32,000 nt of DNA, taken from Acholeplasma laidlawii PG-8A (GTDB lineage: Bacteria > Bacillota_I > Bacilli_A > Acholeplasmatales > Acholeplasmataceae). The number at the start of each line of letters is the position of its first letter. Within the stretch, counting starts at the first letter, position 1. A model generated the notes under the pieces. That model did not search any database, was not told where the DNA came from, and was given only the letters and a program-made list of their open reading frames with translations. A program made the translations under genes and the position numbers. Shown piece by piece: positions 25,936-32,000 of the stretch. The stretch lies in NCBI RefSeq assembly GCF_000018785.1, contig NC_010163.1:1230001-1262000 (forward strand), written 5' to 3'.

Positions 25936-25953
25936 TATACCTATAAGGGTATA
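25936..25953. promoter_or_regulatory. Operator-like palindrome TATACC-N6-GGTATA, copy 2
   Basis: TATACCtataagGGTATA has the same 6-bp arms and 6-nt spacer as copy 1, and lies 99 bp further upstream. Confidence 0.55.
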
Positions 25954-25995
25954 CAGAATGTTAACCAGGTACATATGTTTCCTTTATTTTAGCAT

Positions 25996-26027
25996 AATAA
26001 AAGGGTCATGGCGTTCATCCATGACCC
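25996..26027 (-). terminator. Terminator of tpiA (pgk-tpiA operon)
   Basis: gggtcatgg-cgttcat-ccatgaccc forms a GC-rich 9-bp stem, followed on the minus strand by tttt. Confidence 0.7.
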
Positions 26028-26040
26028 ACTTTAAGTTCAT

Positions 26041-26805
26041 TTATTTGTTTTTTGCTGCTTTTGTAAATGTTAAGAAGTTTTTATGATCTAATGCTGCGCC
26101 ACCGATTAAAGCACCATCGATGTCTGATTCTTGTAATAGACTTTCGATGTTATCTGGTTTAACAGAACCACCATATAAGATACGTACTTGAGCTGCAACT
26201 TCAGCACCATATAGGTCACTTAGTTTAGCACGTACATCTTTGATTGTATCGTTTGCCATTTGTGGTGTAGCAGTTTTACCTGTTCCGATTGCCCACACTG
26301 GTTCATAAGCCACAATTGTTTTTAATGCTTGTTCTTTAGAAACACCTTCGAATGCTTTGTCTAATTGAACATCTAATACTTCTTTAGTCTTATTTGCTTC
26401 TCTTGTATCTAATTGTTCACCGATACATAAAATTGGAGCTAAGTCATATTTAAATGCAGCATGCATTTTTAAATTTACGTCTTTGTCTGTTTCATTAAAT
26501 AAACTACGACGTTCTGAGTGTCCAATTAAGATATATTCAGCACCAGCAGTTTTTACTTGTGCAGGTGAGTTTTCTCCAGTAAATGCGCCTTCATCAGCAT
26601 AGTGCATATTTTGTGCACCAATACGGATATGTTCGCCTTCACGTTTTACTAATAAGTTTAATAAGATTGCTGGTGCACAAATAATAGACTCAACTTCGTC
26701 TCTACTTGGTACTGCAGCATTTACAGCAAAAATGAATTCTAAAGCCTCATCTTTAGTTTTAAACATTTTCCAGTTTGCTGCAATTACAGGTATTCTTTTT
26801 GCCAT
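26041..26805 (-). CDS. tpiA: Triosephosphate isomerase
   Basis: AANWKM, IGHSERR, YEPVWAIGTG and GGSV are the TIM signatures. The start is set at ATG 26805; the track's first codon is TTG. Confidence 0.93.
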   Translation of the reverse strand: MAKRIPVIAANWKMFKTKDEALEFIFAVNAAVPSRDEVESIICAPAILLNLLVKREGEHIRIGAQNMHYADEGAFTGENSPAQVKTAGAEYILIGHSERRSLFNETDKDVNLKMHAAFKYDLAPILCIGEQLDTREANKTKEVLDVQLDKAFEGVSKEQALKTIVAYEPVWAIGTGKTATPQMANDTIKDVRAKLSDLYGAEVAAQVRILYGGSVKPDNIESLLQESDIDGALIGGAALDHKNFLTFTKAAKNK

Positions 26806-26810
26806 CAATA

Positions 26811-27062
26811 TTAACCTAAGATTGAAGAGATGTCTTTAATTGCTTCTTCGGCATGAGGTCCTGATGCAACAATTTTAACGTTCTCACCTTTAGGTACTGC
26901 TAAACTCATTAATCCTAAAATTGATTTGAGATCAACAACTTTGTCTTTATAGTATAATTTGATATCTACAGCATATTTAGATGCTGTTTGGACAACTTTA
27001 GCAGCTAGAGTTGCATGAAGTCCAGCGGTAGATCCGATGATAATTTCTTTTTCCATAATCAT
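26811..27062 (-). CDS. HPr/Crh-family phosphocarrier-like protein (divergent active-site loop)
   Basis: GLHATLAAKVVQTASKY...VDLKSILGLMSLAV..G..V.I.ASG is collinear with B. subtilis HPr/Crh as recalled. The His15 and Ser46 equivalents are kept, but RP of GIHARPA is replaced by TL. The likely start is ATG 27056, judging by RBS spacing. Confidence 0.75.
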   Translation of the reverse strand: MIMEKEIIIGSTAGLHATLAAKVVQTASKYAVDIKLYYKDKVVDLKSILGLMSLAVPKGENVKIVASGPHAEEAIKDISSILG

Positions 27063-27076
27063 TCTCCTTTATTTTT

Positions 27077-27625
27077 TTAAAACATTGGTGGTGTGGAGAT
27101 CCATAGGATTCTTGCCACACTATTTCCTAAATTTTGTAAGTAGTGTTCTTTATTAGCCATGTAATAAAAGGTTTCGCCTTTTTTTACGATGTGTCTAGTT
27201 TTATTTAATACTAAGGTCACTTGACCTTCTAATACATATCCAAACTCTTCCCCAGGGTGTGAATCATCAATTGTTGATTGACCGCCCGGCATGATTTCAA
27301 TAATAATTGGTTCCATTTCATACTTTAAAGCATTTGGAACAATCCATGAAATTGTAGACCCTAAATCAGGGTTTTCCTTTTCGTAAAAGTCTTCCTTGGT
27401 AAATACGATTTTTGCGTCTTCGCCTTCTGGTTTAGAAAAGAACTCATGTGTTTCAACACCTAGTACTTCAAGCAATGAGAATAATGTTTGAATGGAAGGT
27501 GAAGTTAAATTGTTTTCTAATTGTGAAATATAGCCTTTAGTCAATTCTAAGCGGTTAGCAAGTTCTTCTTGAGTCAGGTTGTTACCAAGTCTGAGTGCTC
27601 TGATTTTCTTGCCGATATCTATCAT
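27077..27625 (-). CDS. XRE-family HTH plus cupin-domain transcriptional regulator
   Basis: The N-terminal HTH is LRLGNNLTQEELANRLELTKGYISQLENN. The C-terminal cupin_2-like barrel is HPGEEFGYVLEG....GETFYY. Its ATG overlaps the pgk TAA by 1 nt (TAATG). Confidence 0.8.
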   Translation of the reverse strand: MIDIGKKIRALRLGNNLTQEELANRLELTKGYISQLENNLTSPSIQTLFSLLEVLGVETHEFFSKPEGEDAKIVFTKEDFYEKENPDLGSTISWIVPNALKYEMEPIIIEIMPGGQSTIDDSHPGEEFGYVLEGQVTLVLNKTRHIVKKGETFYYMANKEHYLQNLGNSVARILWISTPPMF

Positions 27626-28824
27626 TAGATTACATCTACCAATTCTACACCTGGTAGTACTTTACCTTCTAGATATTCTAAAGATGCACCACCACCGGTT
27701 GAGATGTGACTAAATTTATCTTCAAGACCAAATTTTGCAACCGCTGCTGCAGAGTCTCCACCACCAACGATTGTAATTGCTTTACCATGTAAGTCAGCTA
27801 ACGCTTTAGTTACTTCTAATGTACCATTAGCGAATTTTTCCATTTCAAATACGCCTTGAGGTCCATTCCATACAACTGTTTTAGCACTTGCAATAATTTC
27901 TTTAAATCTTGCTACTGTCTTAGGTCCAATATCTAAGCCCATTTCATCTGCTGGAATTGCATCAAATGATCTTACATTCGTTTCAGTATCTTTATCAAAT
28001 GCTTTACCTGTAACAACATCAAAACCTAATTCAATTTTACCCTTAGATAACTCAAGTAATTCTTTAGCTAAATCTAATTTATCTAATTCTACTAAGGATT
28101 TACCTACTTCAAAGCCTTGAGCTTTTAAGAATGTAAATGCCATACCGCCACCGATTAATACTTTATCAGCAACTTTTAATAAGTTTTTAATCACTTCAAT
28201 TTTATCAGATACTTTAGCACCACCTAAAATCGCAACGAATGGTCTTTCAGGATTTTCTAAAGCACCACCAATAAAGTTAATTTCTTTTTCAAGTAATAAA
28301 CCTGCAACAGAAACTTCCATATTGTTTGCAATACCAACGTTAGAAGCATGTGCTCTATGTGCTGTACCAAATGCATCATTTACAAATACATCCCCTAATG
28401 ATGCCCAGTATTTACCTAACTCTGGATTGTTTTTAGATTCTTTGTTTCCATCTAAATCTTCAAAGCGTGTGTTTTCAAACATTAACACATCACCTGATTT
28501 TAGATTCTTAACTGCAGCCTCTAAAGCTTCACCTCTAGTTTCAGGAATAAATACAACAGGTCTGCCAATTAATTCTGATAATCTAGCAGCAACTGGTTTC
28601 AGTGAGTTTGTTGCTTTATCTTCAGCTGTTTTAATACGCCCTAAGTGTGAGAATAATATTAACTTAGCACCCTTTTCAATTGCATATTCAATTGTAGGTA
28701 AAGCAGCTGTAATACGTGTATCATCTGAGATAGATCCGTCTTTATTCAAAGGAACATTGAAGTCTACGCGCATTAATACACTCTTGTTTTTTAATTCGAT
28801 GTCTCTAATAGTTTTTTTAGCCAT
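27625..28824 (-). CDS. pgk: Phosphoglycerate kinase
   Basis: [29 protein letters not shown] and STGGGASLE are all present. The length is 399 aa. Confidence 0.94.
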
Positions 28825-28861
28825 TTTATTTCTCCTTATGTTAAACGTTTTTCCATGTCAT

Positions 28862-28891
28862 ATTATACCATGAACATAAAATTGTTGCCAA
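28862..28891 (-). promoter_or_regulatory. Putative promoter of pgk
   Basis: On the minus strand: TTGGCA, an 18-nt spacer, then TGgTATAAT. The AAGGAG RBS follows. Confidence 0.5.
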
Positions 28892-28914
28892 TAACTTATT
28901 AATTGAAAGTGTAT

Positions 28915-29325
28915 TCATTCTAAACTTACTTTATAATTAAGTACTTTAAATATTAGACTGACTAATCTTTGGTAGCTTTTAGTTGATAAACTGACCTTTA
29001 TTCGGTAAGTTTCATCAAATATAAATTCTATATATTTATCCATATAAATAATTTCTTTTATCTGCATATAATTTATCCAAATACTATCGATATGATGATA
29101 CGACTTTGTCGCAAAAAAAGCATACTTACTACTTAACACAATCGGTATTTTATATTGCTCCTTTGTAATATGACGCACTGATTTTTGATAACTTTCAAAA
29201 CTTGTTAAATGCTTTACACATAGTTTTTTAACCACCGCTAATGCAGAGGTTCCAGATTTTCTTCTATTCGGATAAATGATGCCACCATCTGATTCATTTT
29301 TAATAAAGTAAATCACACTTATCAC
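28915..29325 (-). CDS. ComK-family competence transcription factor-like protein (short, GTG start)
   Basis: YKIPIVLSSKYAFFATKSYHHIDSIWINYMQIKEI aligns with the B. subtilis ComK core HKPPIMVDPSNQIFLFPTLSS....WISHVHVKEF as recalled. It is 136 aa against about 190 aa for ComK. The only available start codons are GTG (29325 or 29316), and the SD is weak. Confidence 0.55.
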   Translation of the reverse strand: MISVIYFIKNESDGGIIYPNRRKSGTSALAVVKKLCVKHLTSFESYQKSVRHITKEQYKIPIVLSSKYAFFATKSYHHIDSIWINYMQIKEIIYMDKYIEFIFDETYRIKVSLSTKSYQRLVSLIFKVLNYKVSLE

Positions 29326-29339
29326 CCTTTTTTAAATCT

Positions 29340-29357
29340 ATTATAAAGTGTTATAAT
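29340..29357. promoter_or_regulatory. Back-to-back divergent -10 boxes forming a palindrome
   Basis: In ATTATAAagtgTTATAAT, a minus-strand TATAAT (29340-29345) and a plus-strand TATAAT (29352-29357) sit between the divergent comK-like and crtM-like genes. Confidence 0.4.
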
Positions 29358-29392
29358 GTTACTTGATAGTTATTACGAGAGGGTTTCCAATT

Positions 29393-30103
29393 ATGCTTCA
29401 AGATAAAGATTTTAAACTAATTAAAGATAAAAAGATACGCAATTTATATCAAACTATCTATAGTCACCTAAAACATATTGATCAACTACAGACAGTCGAT
29501 GAACTTAAAGCGCATGAAACGCTTTTTAAAGCATATAAGAATGGCTATACATCAAACCATAAGATGTTTAAAGCATTTCTTAAAGAACACTTATCAAATC
29601 CTTATATTTATATTGATTGGTTCCAAGTATTTATAACCTCTAAAATAGATTATTTAAATAGACCAAAATTAAAACACTTAGATGAACTTTTAAAGTACTG
29701 TGAACTTCAATCCACATTTGGTTATCTATTTTTAATAACAGACACACTTGCTAAACATCATGTGGGATTTATCAATTTAATTTCTAGAATAGATATCTTA
29801 AGTTATATACTTATACATGACCTAGATTTGGATAAAACACATCTACCGTATTATCCTCAAAACCTTATTCAAGATTTCGGTATAGAATATGCCATGGATG
29901 GTCGTTTAATGAAGAATGAAAAGTATATTGCCCTTTGGGAGTATATACACTTTAAAATCCAAGGATTTATTAAAGAACTAGATACTGCTTTAATTCAATT
30001 TCAAGCGCACGAGGTCACATTAATTACATTTTATATAGAACATATTGGCTTAAAACTTAAACAAAAAAGAACATATTTAATGGACTATATAAAAACACTT
30101 TAA
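29393..30103 (+). CDS. Squalene/phytoene synthase (CrtM/CrtB/YisP)-like protein with degenerate Asp-rich motifs
   Basis: The sequence is collinear with S. aureus CrtM as recalled:
- IYSHLKHIDQLQT versus IYAVCRKIDDSID
- ELLKYCELQSTFGYLFL versus ELFGYCYGVAGTVGEVL
- ILIHDLDLDKTHLPYYP versus NILRDVGEDFENERIYF
- YIALWEY versus YIDLWEY

The start is set at ATG 29393 behind GAGAGGG. Confidence 0.6.
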   Translation: MLQDKDFKLIKDKKIRNLYQTIYSHLKHIDQLQTVDELKAHETLFKAYKNGYTSNHKMFKAFLKEHLSNPYIYIDWFQVFITSKIDYLNRPKLKHLDELLKYCELQSTFGYLFLITDTLAKHHVGFINLISRIDILSYILIHDLDLDKTHLPYYPQNLIQDFGIEYAMDGRLMKNEKYIALWEYIHFKIQGFIKELDTALIQFQAHEVTLITFYIEHIGLKLKQKRTYLMDYIKTL

Positions 30104-30136
30104 ACTAAATTTTAAGTTTAAAGTGTTTTATTTTTA
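30092..30136. terminator. Bidirectional terminator
   Basis: aaaacactttaaact-aaatttta-agtttaaagtgtttt forms a 15-bp perfect stem, followed by atttttat. The stem includes the TAA stop of the + gene. Confidence 0.8.
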
Positions 30137-30139
30137 TGT

Positions 30140-31366
30140 TTATGAAGTAAATACAGTATCGTGAGCTGCTTGTTTAAGTATTGTCATAATCGTTTCATCT
30201 AAATCAGGATGAATCCAAGTATTTTCAAGTGGTGATCTATTTGTTAGTACTGCATAATGTGTATATGCAGAAAGTAGTGCACCATATAAACTTGGATGGT
30301 TTAAGTCTTGATATAAATTAATCTCTGGATGATTTTGACTTACCCTTTTGAAAGCATAACCTACTGGGGATAGTGTTGCATCTATCTTTGTAGCTACTTG
30401 CTCGTATAACTCACCTAATTGATTAGTCATATTATCACGTGCTAATGTGTCTTCATAGTTATAGCCCCACGTTTGATAAAGTACTGTTTTAGCGCCTTGT
30501 GCTTTGATTTTTTCATCAAACAAGACTACAGCATCTTCAAATTTTTCATAATCTAAGATGGGTCCATTACTATACTCTTGTAAGAATACATGTGTATATT
30601 GGTCTTTATTTATAAGAAAATTAAAGTTTATTTCATGATCTATAATCCATTGTGGTGTTGTACTATCTAATAAGAAGTTTACAACCACATCATCAGCTCT
30701 TAACATTTCATAAATAAAGGTTGGAATGTTATAGGTATATTTTGTTAAACTATTACCAATAAATAAGAGGTTATAAGCTTCAACTTCATCACTGTAAACT
30801 ACTTCAAATTCTATTGTTGTTTGAGTTTGCCAGTCACTAGCAAGATATGCAGTTAAGTTAAAGGTGCCTGCTTTTGAAAATTTGATTTGACCAGTTTTAT
30901 CATCAAAGTCGACAAAACTTGCAGTATAACTATAACGCACATCAGAATCATATGATCTTTCAGGTAAAAAATCCAAGGTCACTTCATATACCTTACCTAC
31001 ATAAAATAAGTCATCAGACTCACTTACAGCACTAAGAACAATACCTTCAACACCTGGTATAGGTAACACATTAAGTTCTTTTTCATAGGTATCTTTTGTA
31101 GAATTAGTTATCTTTATTGTTGTAGTGCCAATACTTAATGCATGAATATTACCAAATTTATCAATGGTTGCTACATCTAAATTACTAGAACTATAAGTAA
31201 ATCTATCTGATAAGTTCTCACTGATTGGATAAATTTGTAATTTATCTCCTTTATATATATAATCCGGTATCTCTACTATAATTTCATAAGAAGTTGAAGG
31301 TTCCTGACAAGACATCAAAAAAAACGATACACTTAGTATGCATATAGCCAGAATAATTTTTTTCAT
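30140..31366 (-). CDS. Lipoprotein with Ig-like (Big_2-type) repeats and a C-terminal SGNH/DUF4886-like hydrolase domain
   Basis: MKKIILAICILSVSFFLMSC is a signal peptide plus lipobox (LMSC). VATIDKFGNIHALSIGTTTIKIT is Big_2-like. LLFIGNSLT and DLNHPS are SGNH blocks I and V-like. The start is set at ATG 31366 behind GGGGGA. Confidence 0.7.
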   Translation of the reverse strand: MKKIILAICILSVSFFLMSCQEPSTSYEIIVEIPDYIYKGDKLQIYPISENLSDRFTYSSSNLDVATIDKFGNIHALSIGTTTIKITNSTKDTYEKELNVLPIPGVEGIVLSAVSESDDLFYVGKVYEVTLDFLPERSYDSDVRYSYTASFVDFDDKTGQIKFSKAGTFNLTAYLASDWQTQTTIEFEVVYSDEVEAYNLLFIGNSLTKYTYNIPTFIYEMLRADDVVVNFLLDSTTPQWIIDHEINFNFLINKDQYTHVFLQEYSNGPILDYEKFEDAVVLFDEKIKAQGAKTVLYQTWGYNYEDTLARDNMTNQLGELYEQVATKIDATLSPVGYAFKRVSQNHPEINLYQDLNHPSLYGALLSAYTHYAVLTNRSPLENTWIHPDLDETIMTILKQAAHDTVFTS

Positions 31367-31405
31367 AAATCCCCCTAAATAATTTGTTATACTCATTATA
31401 CTATA

Positions 31406-31450
31406 TAAAAAGAAAACCACCTTATAGATTATAAATTCTATAAGGTGGTT
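31406..31450 (-). terminator. Terminator of sufB
   Basis: accaccttataga-ttataaat-tctataaggtggt forms a 13-bp stem, followed on the minus strand by ttttcttttt. Confidence 0.75.
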
Positions 31451-31462
31451 AGTATGTATCTA

Positions 31463-32000
31463 TTAACCAATAGAGCCTTCCATTTCAAGTTTAATCAACT
31501 GATTTAACTCGACAGCATATTCCATTGGTAGTTCTTTTGAAAATGGTTCAATAAAGCCCATTACAATCATTTCGGTCGCTTCTTCTTCAGTTAGACCACG
31601 ACTCATTAAGTAGAATAGTTGTTCTTCTGAGATTTTTGATACTGTTGCTTCATGTTGTAAGAATACATCAGAGTTTTTAATGACATTAATTGGAATTGTA
31701 TCGGATGTTGAGATACCATCTAAGATGATCGTATCACATTCAATATTAGATTTAGAACCTTTAGCGTTTTTACCAAAGGATACTTTACCACGGTAATTGA
31801 CCTTACCACCACCACGAGCAATCGATTTTGAAATAATGTTTGAAGTGGTATTTGGCGCAACGTGAATCATACGCGCACCAGCATCTTGCCATTGGTCTTT
31901 ACCTGCAAAAGCAATCGAAATTGTTGTACCTTTTGCATGTTCACCTAATAGGATACAAGAAGGGTATTTCATATTTACGTTAGAACCAATGTTACCATCA
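31463..32000 (-). CDS. sufB: Fe-S cluster assembly protein SufB, C-terminal part (the gene continues off the right edge)
   Basis: The C-terminal sequence ...[57 protein letters not shown] is typical of SufB. The reading frame stays open to the window edge. Confidence 0.88.

Noticed and set aside
28843-28856. A possible cre site in the pgk leader (tgttaaacgttttt).
   Set aside because: It shares only the aaacgttt core with the gap palindrome. It matches the cre half-sites at about 4 of 6 positions each, which is not distinguishable from background in AT-rich DNA.
28322-28873. A 183-aa ORF on the + strand, antisense to pgk.
   Set aside because: It lies entirely inside the strongly supported pgk CDS and its promoter. 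Its composition is Ser/Leu/Phe/Asn-rich, as expected from the reverse frame of an AT-rich gene. It has no RBS and no recognisable motif.
1-32000. A window-wide check for code-4 (TGA=Trp) usage, CRISPR arrays, tRNA/rRNA genes, IS elements, integrases and prophage genes.
   Set aside because: Long ORFs close cleanly with TGA, for example in trpS and the TrmH-like gene. No conserved gene needs TGA read-through. No spaced direct-repeat arrays, cloverleaf-like intergenic segments, transposase or integrase-like ORFs, or terminal inverted repeats were seen. All intergenic regions of 80 nt or more are accounted for by promoters, T-boxes or terminators.

Overview
This is an AT-rich, densely coding chromosomal segment of a low-GC Firmicutes/Mollicutes-type bacterium. 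It uses the standard genetic code: TGA acts as a stop (trpS ends at 6586-6588), so it is not a code-4 Mycoplasma or Spiroplasma. An Acholeplasma- or Erysipelotrichia-like source is plausible but cannot be shown without a database search.

Most of the window is housekeeping:
- gap (5' end only), a CYTH protein, spx, pepF
- T-box-controlled trpS and tyrS, and a LacI/CcpA-like regulator
- the rpsP-khpA-rimM-trmD-rplS cluster, a pseudouridine synthase, def
- a thiI / TrmH-like / TIM-barrel / GH20 hexosaminidase string
- msrC (GAF), rpsD, pgk...tpiA, and the sufB 3' end

I saw no rRNA, tRNA, CRISPR array, transposase or integrase.

The regions that deserve a second look:
1. 23.7-26.0 kb holds a self-contained three-gene thiol-disulfide module: a membrane protein with an intramembrane CxxC, a TrxB-like flavoprotein, and a double-CxxC PDO/AhpF-N-like protein. 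Two copies of a TATACC-N6-GGTATA palindrome sit in front of it, and one overlaps the -10 box. A translationally coupled two-domain GNAT plus PIG-L/LmbE deacetylase pair (MshD/MshB-like) lies directly downstream.
2. An XRE-cupin regulator and a divergent HPr/Crh-like protein sit between pgk and tpiA.
3. A ComK-like gene is divergent from a CrtM/phytoene-synthase-like gene whose Asp-rich motifs are degenerate.
4. There is a membrane-anchored protein with a degenerate GGDEF domain and an intact-looking EAL domain.
5. A membrane-anchored NERD protein sits next to a polytopic XRE-HTH protein.

All functional calls rest on motifs read from the supplied translations. No similarity searches were run.
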